From assembly GCA_963796955.1 (NCBI GenBank), contig CAWCNJ010000005.1:64001-128000 (forward strand): DNA of 64,000 nt. The letters are read 5' to 3'. Each line of letters begins with the position of its first letter. The stretch's first letter is position 1. Origin of the DNA: Endomicrobiales bacterium. Lineage in GTDB: Bacteria; Elusimicrobiota; Endomicrobiia; Endomicrobiales; JALOBY01. Under the pieces are notes generated by a model that ran no database searches, was not told the DNA's origin, and saw only the letters and a program-made list of their open reading frames with translations. The position numbers and the translations under genes are program-made. Positions 9,223 to 19,356 of this stretch are shown here, in pieces.

Positions 9223-12200
9223 TCAGGCATGTAATAAAATTTTCTCGGTTATCAAATTAAGCTCATTTTGCAGATTCTCCGGCAACCCTCTTTTCTGATG
9301 TGCAATTTTTGCAATCTTACAAATTTTATTATGATCCTTATTAGCTTTATCATAACTGGGAATATTGATATGTTCAAGAATGTGACTCGAATAAAACCAC
9401 GATATGTAAGACACAACAAAATCATTTACTGCTTTGCTATTTAATATGCCACATAAAAAAAATGCATCATTCTCATTTTTAAAAGGAACCATTAAAACAT
9501 TGTGGTCCGGTATAATCATTCTTTCAGACAAAAGGGAAGTATTCATACTAGAAACCACACTTGCGATCATTCCGTTCGCCAATGCCTTCCAAACTACCTT
9601 ATATTCACTAAAAGTGTACTTCCCGATATCATACAGGGCGTGTTTAGGAGCATTTGCACTTTTCAAATGTTTTTGAAATATTCCGCGGTTTTCAAGCCAT
9701 CGCTCTATCGTAGGGTCTGTTCTATAAAAATACTTGTAGGCAAATGGATAATCAATTTTCAAGGCATTATCTGACAAGCATTTACCATCTAACGAATATG
9801 GAATTATTGAATAACACCTGGGATTACAACACCATCTTTCTATGTCTTTGCCTCGTAACATCGGATAGATTAGGCCCTTTTCAATGAATACCTCATAAGG
9901 TTTCATTTTTTTATCGCCGACATCGAAAAGGTTATTGAAAATCACGGTGTTTTTATACTTCGAAGGAGAAATTTTACCCCAAAATAATCCGTTTAAACTA
10001 AAGTCAACCCCTTTTCTTGCCTTGTAACTGGAGCATCCAACTAATTTTTTCAACATTCCTATCTTATGTGGTTTAGCAATCAGCCACGAAGAATTAATTT
10101 TTTCATCCTTAATTGGCTCAGCGCACAATTCTGCGCTTTTTATGAGGGGCATAATTGCAGTAATAGGTTGATCTGATTTAATTATTCCCCTATTTTTTTT
10201 TGACCACCTGAAATACTTGACGGGGTATTGTGTTTTTTCCCCCTTCTTTAAGAGAATAACGGCAGGTTTATTTGAAGCTCCCATATCGGCGAATGGCTGA
10301 ACTGGAGCAAAATCATCTACTCGAATTACCTTAACATGATCATTATCTTTTACTTGAAATCTACGAAACCCATCACCGCCGCCTGAAGCCTGAAATAAAT
10401 TTTGAGGCAATACAAAACCCAACATCCCGCCATTTGTCAAATATTTATCAATGACAACATAGGTCAACAAAACACTTATATCGTCATGCGCAGACCCAAG
10501 CCTTGCTCTCAGTCCCTTATGAAGAAACACACGATAATCATCCCAATACTTCTTCACAGAATTTCTATAATCTTCTGGAAGATTTTGCCAATTTATCCAC
10601 GGTGGGTTGCCAACAACATAATCAAAATTATCAAAAAAAGCTGGCGCAAATATATTCTTAATTATCTTTGCCCAAATCCCATTAAGTCCTTTTTTTTGCA
10701 GGTCTAAAAGAATCTTATAAAATTCAACTAACAGCACTTCGTCAGATTCAGAAATAGTTAAGCCAAGTTTGCATAATTTAACAATAAAATCCTTACAATT
10801 AAGCTCGATCTCAACGCATTCTATAACTAAATTTAGGAATGTATCTAATTGTTTATTTGCAATTAAAGACACTGGGATTTTGAATATACCGACTTTCGTT
10901 GGCAATGAGAATATGTCTTTATCTCGTGTTTTATACTCCAGGGGGGCGAGAAGAGAATCGCTTAAATAGATTGGGATATCTATGCCACACTCATCAATAT
11001 ATTGGAGGTGCTCTGAAAGTGCAATCAAATAATTTGTTTTCGCCGAAATAACAGCAAGCGGGTTTAGATCAATTCCGATGACACTTTGAAGTATCTTTTT
11101 TAACTCTTCTTTCTTCTTTAGCCCACTATACGTCTTGATATTCCCTATTAAAATTGACAAGAATGTTCCTGAACCACACGTAGGATCAAGGGCTCTAAAT
11201 CCCGAGGAATATTTTATGCCAAGTTTTTCAACAACAAACTCCGCCAACCAATCAGGGGTGTAGTATTCGCCCAGGCTATGTCGTAGATTTTGTGGTAGTA
11301 AATAATGATAAATGTTTTTTATTAAATCTTTTGCTTCTTTAGGCTCCAGATTCAAGGAACTAAAATCGTAATCTTTCAACTTATTAACAATACGAGCAAG
11401 TATTTTTTCAATCTTATCATTCCAGCAAAGTAAATACCAATTGAAGAAGTCACCTTCAATGAAATTATTAATACCTTCACGCCTAAACAGTTCGCCGCTT
11501 TCCAATGAAGTCATCTGAGCTTTTAAATTGGACAATGCGGTTAAAAAGCTTGTTTCTCTATGTCTAAAATATGTTAGTGTTTCGGCAGCCAATAGTTTTA
11601 TGAATATTGCATAGTATGTTTGAATAGCAAATATTACTATTGCCAGCTCTATACTTTCGTGTTCTATTTCTAATAATTTCAGTAATTCTGTAATCTCACT
11701 TTTTTTAGTTTCAAAATCATACCCGCAGACCTCTCTAAACAACACTTTCCATTGCTCAAACAATAGGTTATTCTTTCCTTTATTATTTTCGATAAAATTC
11801 ACAACCAACTCACGTATATCATTACGCGACTCATTAGACAAGATACTAAAATCTCTTACGAGGTTGTCAATAACAAGAGCCTTTCCTTGTAGCCCGATGG
11901 AAAATATTCGCTGCAACAACAATTTAAAAGTGCTCTCATTAACTATCGCTGGGTTTTCAATATCCCAAATATTGTTTCGTCTTCGAATAAACACTACCCT
12001 GTCACCATCAAAAATTATCCCCAAATATCGGTTTATCTGTTTATTTTGCTTTTTATTAATGCCTTCAATATGCCTTTTAACCTGATCAATTGCTTTAGAA
12101 TTAGCAACAGACGAATTATCATCTTTTAAATATTTAGGTTCCTTATATTCAATTATTACCTCTCCATAAAGAGAATCGAGTCTTCCCCTGAAAACAGTGT

Positions 12201-12375
12201 ACTCATGTCGTTCCTCGGGAATTATTATTGAATTTTCCTGGCAAATATTGTTTATCAGAGAAGAAAAGGCGACCCTTAAGTCTTCCTCACTAAAGACTTT
12301 CTCTTTCTTTGACAAAAAGAACTGGTAATATTTACCGTTCAATTTGTTTATCAATATATCTATATTTTTTATCAT
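9223..12375 (-). CDS. Fused restriction-modification enzyme (Type IIG/Eco57I-like N6-adenine methyltransferase with N-terminal PD-(D/E)xK nuclease)
   Basis: N-terminal GRLD..YG..IIEYK; GEYYTP; motif I LDPTCGSGTF; motif IV GNPPW; C-terminal TRD-like YKVVW region. Strongly AT-rich. Start placed at ATG 12375, after the tyrS stop. Confidence 0.85.
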   Translation of the reverse strand: MIKNIDILINKLNGKYYQFFLSKKEKVFSEEDLRVAFSSLINNICQENSIIIPEERHEYTVFRGRLDSLYGEVIIEYKEPKYLKDDNSSVANSKAIDQVKRHIEGINKKQNKQINRYLGIIFDGDRVVFIRRRNNIWDIENPAIVNESTFKLLLQRIFSIGLQGKALVIDNLVRDFSILSNESRNDIRELVVNFIENNKGKNNLLFEQWKVLFREVCGYDFETKKSEITELLKLLEIEHESIELAIVIFAIQTYYAIFIKLLAAETLTYFRHRETSFLTALSNLKAQMTSLESGELFRREGINNFIEGDFFNWYLLCWNDKIEKILARIVNKLKDYDFSSLNLEPKEAKDLIKNIYHYLLPQNLRHSLGEYYTPDWLAEFVVEKLGIKYSSGFRALDPTCGSGTFLSILIGNIKTYSGLKKKEELKKILQSVIGIDLNPLAVISAKTNYLIALSEHLQYIDECGIDIPIYLSDSLLAPLEYKTRDKDIFSLPTKVGIFKIPVSLIANKQLDTFLNLVIECVEIELNCKDFIVKLCKLGLTISESDEVLLVEFYKILLDLQKKGLNGIWAKIIKNIFAPAFFDNFDYVVGNPPWINWQNLPEDYRNSVKKYWDDYRVFLHKGLRARLGSAHDDISVLLTYVVIDKYLTNGGMLGFVLPQNLFQASGGGDGFRRFQVKDNDHVKVIRVDDFAPVQPFADMGASNKPAVILLKKGEKTQYPVKYFRWSKKNRGIIKSDQPITAIMPLIKSAELCAEPIKDEKINSSWLIAKPHKIGMLKKLVGCSSYKARKGVDFSLNGLFWGKISPSKYKNTVIFNNLFDVGDKKMKPYEVFIEKGLIYPMLRGKDIERWCCNPRCYSIIPYSLDGKCLSDNALKIDYPFAYKYFYRTDPTIERWLENRGIFQKHLKSANAPKHALYDIGKYTFSEYKVVWKALANGMIASVVSSMNTSLLSERMIIPDHNVLMVPFKNENDAFFLCGILNSKAVNDFVVSYISWFYSSHILEHINIPSYDKANKDHNKICKIAKIAHQKRGLPENLQNELNLITEKILLHA

Positions 12376-12397
12376 TTTATAATTCAGATTGGCCGTG

Positions 12398-13798
12398 CTA
12401 TTTCTTTCCAAGATCCCGTAGCGTAAGAAGGATGCTTCCATCTTGTTGAGTTCTTCTTTGATCAAACAATTCTATTGCCTTTTGCTCTATTAGCTTTCTG
12501 TTTGCTTCAAAAATACTGTCAGGTTCATTACTCGATTGATCATAATCTCTAAGGTCATTTCCATATACCTTACATTTTACTAACCTGTTTTCGATTTCTA
12601 TTGTGAATTCGAAAATATCAGACAATGAATTATGAAATACTTTCATATATTTCTTTTTTCCAGCCTGTAAAACACATTCTTTTTTTATCGTGAGCAACTT
12701 ATCTTGACTAAGCCTTTCGCCGTCCATTTTCACTCCGCCCTGTTCGATTAACCGCCTTGCCTCGTTCTTGGTTCCAACTAAACCAGAATTAACGAGCAAA
12801 TCGACAAGCTTAATCTGCTCGACGCCACAATTATATTTCTCCATTGTTTCTGGCATCTCTTTCTTGCTGAAGACGTTGTCGAAATCCTGGCGCGCGGCTT
12901 TTGCGGCCTCAGCGCCGTGGTAGCGAGCGGTTATCAGCTCACCCAGGTTGGCCTTGGCTTCACGTGGGTGCAGCGCTTTCACCGCTGGCATATCTTCTTC
13001 TGTCAGCAGCTCGTAGTATTTGTACATTAATATATCAGATATAGACATCAGCTTGCCGAACATATCTTTCGGCGTATCATTCAGGGCGATGTAATTGCCG
13101 TACGATTTGGACATCTTGCGAACGCCGTCGGTGCCTTCAAGCAGCGGCATGGTAATGATAACCTGCGGCTCCTGCGCGTTATCCCGCTGGAAATCGCGGC
13201 CCATAAGCAGGTTGAATTTCTGGTCGTTGCCGCCCATCTCGATATCGGCTTTCACCGCAACGGAATCGTAGCCCTGCAACAGCGGATAGAGGAATTCCAC
13301 GATGCTGATCGGCTGGCCGCTCTTGTAACGCTTCTCAAAATCATCGCGCTCCAGCATTCTGGAAACCGTGCTTTGGGAGGCAAGCTTCAGCATGCCCTCG
13401 GCGCCAAGAGGTTTCAGCCAGGTGCTGTTGAAAACCACCTCGGTCTTGCTGCGATCGAGGACGCGAAACACCTGGTCCTGATACGTTTCAATATTGGCCG
13501 CAATAGCTTCTTCGCTCAACATCGGGCGCGTTTCCGAGCGGCCGGAGGGATCGCCGATACGGGCGGTAAAATCGCCGATAAGGAAAACGACCTTATGGCC
13601 CAGATCCTGAAACAGCTTTAGTTTGTTCAGCAGCACGGTGTGGCCCAGGTGAATGTCGGGGGAGGTAGGATCAACGCCCATCTTAACGCGCAGAGGAATG
13701 CCTTTAGCGAGTTTACGCTTAAGTTCCTCTTCAGAGATAAGGTCGGTGCAGCCGCGCTTTATACGGGCGATATCGGAATTTATTTTATGTGATAGCAT
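12398..13798 (-). CDS. tyrS: Tyrosine--tRNA ligase with a C-terminal ~78-aa extension
   Basis: [32 protein letters not shown] and an S4-like domain ending LQAGKKK, followed by an extra domain. Confidence 0.97.
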   Translation of the reverse strand: MLSHKINSDIARIKRGCTDLISEEELKRKLAKGIPLRVKMGVDPTSPDIHLGHTVLLNKLKLFQDLGHKVVFLIGDFTARIGDPSGRSETRPMLSEEAIAANIETYQDQVFRVLDRSKTEVVFNSTWLKPLGAEGMLKLASQSTVSRMLERDDFEKRYKSGQPISIVEFLYPLLQGYDSVAVKADIEMGGNDQKFNLLMGRDFQRDNAQEPQVIITMPLLEGTDGVRKMSKSYGNYIALNDTPKDMFGKLMSISDILMYKYYELLTEEDMPAVKALHPREAKANLGELITARYHGAEAAKAARQDFDNVFSKKEMPETMEKYNCGVEQIKLVDLLVNSGLVGTKNEARRLIEQGGVKMDGERLSQDKLLTIKKECVLQAGKKKYMKVFHNSLSDIFEFTIEIENRLVKCKVYGNDLRDYDQSSNEPDSIFEANRKLIEQKAIELFDQRRTQQDGSILLTLRDLGKK

Positions 13799-13801
13799 TG
13801 C

Positions 13802-15787
13802 TTATAATTTAAAGCCTGCGATAGCCCCTTGCAACAGCTTCGCGGTATTGGAGAGCTCGTTGGTAACGGAGGCTATCTCTTCTATAGCCGCGGTCTGTTC
13901 TTCGGAGCTGGCGGCGGCCTCTTCGGAGCTGGCGGCTGTCTCTTCGGCAGCGGAAGCTATCTCCGATATCTGCTGCACCATTTCCTGAACGCGGTTCAAT
14001 ATTTCTTTGAACTGCGTGCTGGAATCCTGGGTAAGGCCGGCACCTTCGTTTATAGCTACCTGGCCTTTTTTCACGGAGATAACGGCGGTACCCGTCTCTT
14101 CCTGCACTTCCTTGATGATGCGGGCGATCTCCTGGGCGGAATGTGCCGAGCTTTCAGCCAGCTTGCGGACTTCGTCGGCAACCACCGCGAAACCATGGCC
14201 CGCCTCGCCTGCGCGCGCCGCTTCGATGGCCGCGTTCAGCGACAACAGGTTCGTCTGATCGGCGATCTTTGTGATAACGCTCACTATTTCGCCGATCTGA
14301 GTGGAGCGCGTGGCAAGGCCGTTCATTGCGGTGGCCGAACCCTGCTCAACGTCGCGGATAGCCTGGATTTTTTCTACCAGTTTTTTCATGGATTCCATGC
14401 CGGTGATACTCGCCTTATCAGCGGCAGAGGCGACCGATGCAGCGGAATGCGAGTTCTTGGCTACGGTGGCCGTTGAGGCCGAAATGTGGCTGACGGTAGT
14501 AGACAGCTGCGCGATGGTCTGCGTGGACTGCTGCGTGATCTGAGCAAGCGCCGTCGAGGAGGCTGCAAGGGTATTTGATTGCTCGATAACGCGCGAGATA
14601 AGATTCTTAAGATTTTCGGTCATTTGTTTAAAGGCCTGGCCCAGCTCGTCGCGGGTCGTGCGAGGGTTAACGGTCACGGAAAGATCGCCCTGCGCGATCT
14701 GCTTGGCCGCGTTCGACATCTGGTGCAGGTAGGCTATCATCTGGTTGGTAACCTTGCCGAGACGGTTAAAGATGTCTTCGCCGGTGTTTTCGTTCGCCAC
14801 CACGCCCAGATCCCCTTCGGCAAGTTTCTGGAAGAGGACAAAATATTCATCCAATAGCACTTTCTGTTTTTCGGTAAGGTTGCGAAGGTCCCCGGAGCTG
14901 CGCTCCAGGTCTTTTACCATTTTGTTGAACGACGTCGACAAAATATCCTTGTCCGAACGCACGCGCACCGTGGCCGTCAGGTCGTTGGAGGCCACGCGAT
15001 TAACGGAGGTAGCGATCTCCTTAAAATACGCGATCATTTCATTGAACACACGGGCCAGTTGAGCGATCTCGTCGTTACCGTGCGCCATTATTTCCTGCTG
15101 CGAAAGATCACCTTCTTCGCTGATCTTGCGCGCGACCACCATAACCCTGGTCAGGGGCGCTATAATATCGCGGCCTACTATAAGATTGTACGTGAATGCC
15201 CCGCCGACTAGCACCAGCAGCCCTGCAAGTACCAGCAGCAGGACTATGGTGAACACCACCGTCGTAATGCTCTTGCGGGAAAACCCGATACACAGAACAC
15301 CTATCTTCTGGCCCGCCGACATAACCGGCACCGCCACATCGCTTACCCCGGCAATAGAAGACCGTGCCATGACCGTAATAGCCGAAACACCCATGATCTC
15401 GCGCTGCAGGTCCGTTTTGTTGAACAACGTATTGCGAAGGGCGTCGTCGGTTGAAGCCACGCATTTGCCCGAGACTTCCATAAGGGCGATATAGGAAACA
15501 TCCTTATCGCTTGCCTGGACCCCTTTAAAGGTCTGCGTCAGTTTATCGACGTCCGACGACATGGACGTGTCCATGGCATACGAGAGGGACGTAAGCGGGT
15601 CTGCGCAGGCAAGCGACAGGTTAGCCGTTACGGAGCGGGCTTTCTGCATGAATTCGTTGCGCAACGAGGAACTGGAAAGGCCTACGGCGATGCCGGCGAC
15701 CACGAGAATGGACAGCACGAAAATAACCGTGAAATACCCGATTATCTTCTGCTTAAGATCGAATTCTGAAAATTTTGGCAGCCCCAT
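13802..15787 (-). CDS. Methyl-accepting chemotaxis protein (two TM helices, periplasmic sensor, tandem HAMP domains)
   Basis: [38 protein letters not shown] hairpin-tip motif; several DE.G.L...F..M HAMP repeats. Confidence 0.95.
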   Translation of the reverse strand: MGLPKFSEFDLKQKIIGYFTVIFVLSILVVAGIAVGLSSSSLRNEFMQKARSVTANLSLACADPLTSLSYAMDTSMSSDVDKLTQTFKGVQASDKDVSYIALMEVSGKCVASTDDALRNTLFNKTDLQREIMGVSAITVMARSSIAGVSDVAVPVMSAGQKIGVLCIGFSRKSITTVVFTIVLLLVLAGLLVLVGGAFTYNLIVGRDIIAPLTRVMVVARKISEEGDLSQQEIMAHGNDEIAQLARVFNEMIAYFKEIATSVNRVASNDLTATVRVRSDKDILSTSFNKMVKDLERSSGDLRNLTEKQKVLLDEYFVLFQKLAEGDLGVVANENTGEDIFNRLGKVTNQMIAYLHQMSNAAKQIAQGDLSVTVNPRTTRDELGQAFKQMTENLKNLISRVIEQSNTLAASSTALAQITQQSTQTIAQLSTTVSHISASTATVAKNSHSAASVASAADKASITGMESMKKLVEKIQAIRDVEQGSATAMNGLATRSTQIGEIVSVITKIADQTNLLSLNAAIEAARAGEAGHGFAVVADEVRKLAESSAHSAQEIARIIKEVQEETGTAVISVKKGQVAINEGAGLTQDSSTQFKEILNRVQEMVQQISEIASAAEETAASSEEAAASSEEQTAAIEEIASVTNELSNTAKLLQGAIAGFKL

Positions 15788-15801
15788 GTGTATCCTCCTG
15801 A

Positions 15802-16710
15802 TTATCGGACAACGTCAGTGGCTTCTGAAACTGCTGAACCTGAAAGCTGAACGCCCAATTGAGTCGCGACCAGCGTGTTAAGAGAATAACGGGACTTGCG
15901 GGGACGCTGAGATTTAACCGTTCCCGGCTTTTCGCCGTTAAGGATGCGGGCTCCCAATTCACCGGCCTGACGGCCGATATCGCGGTAGTCACAATCTACC
16001 GATATAACCGCTCCGCCCTTTGTGAAAGCCAGCGCGAGGCCGATCACCGGAACCTTGTTTTTCTGACTCTCCAGCAGCAAGGTCTTTACCGCCTGTCCAA
16101 AATATACCTTGGTATCCAGTATCATCATCACACAATCCGCCTGCCCGCCCATAAGCGCCTGTACGGCCGGAAGGAAGTCCATCTCGGAGGCAACACCGCG
16201 GCCTACTGCCTTCAAACCCACGGCACTACAGGCGGCCGATATCTCATCAAAACTCGCTTGATTGTCCGGCGAATACAACACACCGATGCGCTTGACTGAC
16301 GGCAGCACCGCTTTTACCCGTTCCACACGCAGCATGGGGGGAATATCAACCGAAACGCCGGTAGCGTTCGCCGTATCGTGCTCCGGGTTATTGGAAACCA
16401 ATGTGTACACACCCGGTATTGCAGCCAATTCTGATTTTAAAAGGCCGGATGCTTCACCGCCAACGGTAAGTACCAGATCCGGTTTTTGCGCCTGTACCTT
16501 TGAGGCAACCGTCGCAGAATCCTGCTCTTTCAGACTATAGATCACCGGCTGCCCGGGAAATCCTTTGTCGGAAAGAGCTGAACAAAATCCGTCCTTCAGG
16601 GCTTGCACGGAATCATTATTAAGCGAAAGAATAACGGCCACCGATTTCGCCTGTACCTGCGAGACCGCTGCACAGAAGACTATTGAACATATGATCAGTT
16701 TACGGATCAT
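15802..16710 (-). CDS. ABC_sub_bind (COG2984-like) periplasmic binding protein, paralog 2
   Basis: Signal peptide; [21 protein letters not shown] and [19 protein letters not shown] motifs. Confidence 0.85.
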   Translation of the reverse strand: MIRKLIICSIVFCAAVSQVQAKSVAVILSLNNDSVQALKDGFCSALSDKGFPGQPVIYSLKEQDSATVASKVQAQKPDLVLTVGGEASGLLKSELAAIPGVYTLVSNNPEHDTANATGVSVDIPPMLRVERVKAVLPSVKRIGVLYSPDNQASFDEISAACSAVGLKAVGRGVASEMDFLPAVQALMGGQADCVMMILDTKVYFGQAVKTLLLESQKNKVPVIGLALAFTKGGAVISVDCDYRDIGRQAGELGARILNGEKPGTVKSQRPRKSRYSLNTLVATQLGVQLSGSAVSEATDVVR

Positions 16711-16743
16711 CCTGGAACTCTCCCGGGCGCAAGCTCTTTCTTT

Positions 16744-17649
16744 TTACCTAACTACTTCTGAAGCGCCTGACACAGCAGAACCGGCAAGGGATTTCCCCAG
16801 CTGGGTTATCATCTGCATGTTAAGGGAGTACTGGGCCTTGCGCGGTCTCTGGGACCTGATAGCAGAAGGTTTTTCTCCCTTCAGGATGCGGGCGGCGATC
16901 TCCCCTGCCTGGCGGCCAAGGTCATGATAATCGCAGTCAACCGACATTGCGGCACCGGCCTTGGTGAACATCATGGACAAGCCGACAACCGGCACTTTAT
17001 TTTTCAGGCTTTCCAGCAGCATCGTTTTAACCGACTGTCCGAAATATACCTTCGTATCGATTATCATCAGAATGCAATCGGCCTGGCCTCCCATAAGCGC
17101 CTGCACAGCCGGCAGAAAATCGCCTTCCGTTGCCACGCTGCGGCCCACGATCGCAAGGCCGGCAGACTTGCCGGCGGCAGCGATCTCATCAAAATTCTGA
17201 GCGGTGGCCTGCGAGTACAACACACCAATGCGCTTGACATCCGGCAATACGGACTTGACGAGCTCAAGGCGCAGCTGGGGCGGCACGTCTATTGATATGC
17301 CGGTTAAATTCGCGGCGTCGAATTCAGCATTATTCGTTACTATGGTGTACACACCCGGGATCCCCTGCAGGGACTTTACCAGTTTTGCGGCTTCACTGCC
17401 GACGGCCAGGGCCATGACAGGGGCTTGCGCCTGCACCAGAGAGGTGATCGTGGCCGCATCCTTTTCCTTCAGATTATAGACGGTTGGTTGTTCTGCAAAA
17501 GACCGGTCGGCCAGGGTAGATAAGAAACTTTCCTGCATGCCCTGCACCGAGTCGTTATTCATTGAAAGGATTATCGCGACACCGCCGGCACATGCCTGGG
17601 CGATGCCGATCAGCAGCACACATGCAGCCAAAAACAGAGAACGCACCAT
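16744..17649 (-). CDS. ABC_sub_bind (COG2984-like) periplasmic binding protein, paralog 1
   Basis: Same motifs as 15802-16710 and clearly a tandem duplicate (shared [23 protein letters not shown]). Confidence 0.85.
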   Translation of the reverse strand: MVRSLFLAACVLLIGIAQACAGGVAIILSMNNDSVQGMQESFLSTLADRSFAEQPTVYNLKEKDAATITSLVQAQAPVMALAVGSEAAKLVKSLQGIPGVYTIVTNNAEFDAANLTGISIDVPPQLRLELVKSVLPDVKRIGVLYSQATAQNFDEIAAAGKSAGLAIVGRSVATEGDFLPAVQALMGGQADCILMIIDTKVYFGQSVKTMLLESLKNKVPVVGLSMMFTKAGAAMSVDCDYHDLGRQAGEIAARILKGEKPSAIRSQRPRKAQYSLNMQMITQLGKSLAGSAVSGASEVVR

Positions 17650-17658
17650 TACGGCCTC

Positions 17659-18141
17659 CTACACATTTTTAGATTTGCTTTCCAGATCTTCAATTATCAT
17701 TTCCAGGTTAAGCACTATCACAAGCTGCCCATCCATTTTTGCCACACCCCTCACAAAAGCGCTGTCCAGGGTACAAATAGATTTGGGAATAGCCTCGATG
17801 CGGTCGGCAGCTACCCGTATGACCTCTGAGACGGAATCCACTATCAACCCCACAGGCTGATCCCCGACGGAGGAAACAATTATCCGCGTGGCATCGCTTA
17901 CCTGCTTCTCGCCTAATTTGAAGTGTTTATACAGGTCCACTACCGGCACTATTTTTCCCCGGAGATTTATGACGCCTTCCAGGAATGCCGGCATTTTTGG
18001 GACGGGGGTTATTTCGGTTGGTTTTATTATTTCCTGCACCTGAACGATAGGTATACCGTAATGTTCGTTGAAGATCCTGGCAACGACCAGCTGGATCGCT
18101 TCATCTGCGCCTGCTATGCTTTTGTTTAACGTATTGTTCAC
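17659..18141 (-). CDS. cheW: Chemotaxis coupling protein CheW
   Basis: YGIPI..VQEI, ITPVP..P.FLEGVINLRGKIVPVVDL, GLIVDSVSEV. GTG 18141 chosen because ATG 18186 abuts the -10 box. Confidence 0.93.
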   Translation of the reverse strand: MNNTLNKSIAGADEAIQLVVARIFNEHYGIPIVQVQEIIKPTEITPVPKMPAFLEGVINLRGKIVPVVDLYKHFKLGEKQVSDATRIIVSSVGDQPVGLIVDSVSEVIRVAADRIEAIPKSICTLDSAFVRGVAKMDGQLVIVLNLEMIIEDLESKSKNV

Positions 18142-18177
18142 TCGATTCCCTGTAATTGAAGTATGCTCTTGATGTAT

Positions 18178-18206
18178 ATTATACATGCATTATCACAAAA
18201 TATCAA
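18178..18206 (-). promoter_or_regulatory. Sigma-70 promoter of the cheW operon
   Basis: TTGATA-17 nt-TATAAT on the minus strand. Confidence 0.65.
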
Positions 18207-18254
18207 TGAGAACTCAACAAGAAGTTGTAATTATGCAAAAGTGCCGCTCTATTT

Positions 18255-18263
18255 TGCTATAAT
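18255..18263 (+). promoter_or_regulatory. Extended -10 promoter of rmuC (leaderless arrangement)
   Basis: TGcTATAAT lies 6 nt before GTG 18270; no SD is present. Confidence 0.55.
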
Positions 18264-18269
18264 AAAACA

Positions 18270-19343
18270 GTGATGATACCTTTAGTAATTTCAATTATCA
18301 TTTTTGCAGCCGTGATAGCCGCCGTCTCGATCTTTTTTGCTTTGAGACAGAAACCTGATAACTCTGCCGCCCTGCTGCAGCAGCAAATGGAGGGACTCAG
18401 GCGGCAAATGGCCGACAGTATTCAAAAAAACACCGATGCCATGAACCAGCAGCTGAATAATATTACCAGCCAGCTCATGAATTCCCAAAAGACGGTGAAC
18501 GAGCGGCTGGACAACGCGGCCCGGGTGGTGGGTGATGTGCATAAGGAACTGGGATCGCTTGCCAAGGCCAGCGAACAGATATTCAATGTGGGGAAAGACA
18601 TAGCGGGTTTGCAGGAAATTCTGCGCGCGCCGAAATTGCGCGGTTCTTTAGGCGAGCTTTTCCTTGGGGATCTGCTGGGACAGCTGTTACCCGCTGCGCA
18701 TTTTACGATACAACATAAATTCTGCAGCGGCGAAATAGTGGATGCCGCCATCCGCCTGGGCAGCGGCCTGGTACCGGTAGACTCGAAATTTCCGCTGGAA
18801 AATTTTAAACGGGTGCTGGACACGACCGACGAGGCGGAACAAAAAGCAGCCCGTAAGCAATTCGGCCGCGACGTAAAAAAACATATCGACGCGATCGCGT
18901 CAAAATATATCTTACCTGACGAAGGCACGTTCGATTTCGCGTTGATGTATATTCCGGCGGAAAATGTATATTATGAAACGATAATAAAAGATGAGGATAC
19001 CACTGAAAGCAGCCTCTCGGCATACGCGCTTTCGAAACGGGTGATACCGGTTTCCCCTAATTCACTTTTCGCGTATTTGCAGGCGATCGTGCTTGGTCTG
19101 CGCGGCCTCAGGATAGAGAAAAGCGCGCAGGAGATAATTGCGCACCTGGCGCGGCTGAAGGGCGATTTCGCCCGGTTCAATGAGGAATTCGACACACTGG
19201 GAAAGCATATAACCAACGTAAAAAACCGCTATGACGACGCCGCTAAACGGCTGGAGAAATTCGACACCAAACTCCAATCCTCCGGCGACGACCAGCTGCC
19301 TGCCGCCGCCTGCGCGCCGGAACAACCAAAACTGCATCTTTAA
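18270..19343 (+). CDS. rmuC: DNA recombination protein RmuC
   Basis: N-terminal TM, coiled coil, PKLRGSLGE, VDSKFPLE, HI..IA.KYILP.EGT.DFA.MYIPAE. Confidence 0.93.
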   Translation: MMIPLVISIIIFAAVIAAVSIFFALRQKPDNSAALLQQQMEGLRRQMADSIQKNTDAMNQQLNNITSQLMNSQKTVNERLDNAARVVGDVHKELGSLAKASEQIFNVGKDIAGLQEILRAPKLRGSLGELFLGDLLGQLLPAAHFTIQHKFCSGEIVDAAIRLGSGLVPVDSKFPLENFKRVLDTTDEAEQKAARKQFGRDVKKHIDAIASKYILPDEGTFDFALMYIPAENVYYETIIKDEDTTESSLSAYALSKRVIPVSPNSLFAYLQAIVLGLRGLRIEKSAQEIIAHLARLKGDFARFNEEFDTLGKHITNVKNRYDDAAKRLEKFDTKLQSSGDDQLPAAACAPEQPKLHL

Positions 19344-19356
19344 TAAACAACAACCG

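Noticed and set aside
9120..12850. Prophage, integrative element, BREX or DISARM around the RM gene
   Set aside because: No integrase, att duplication, phage genes or partner defence genes are visible.
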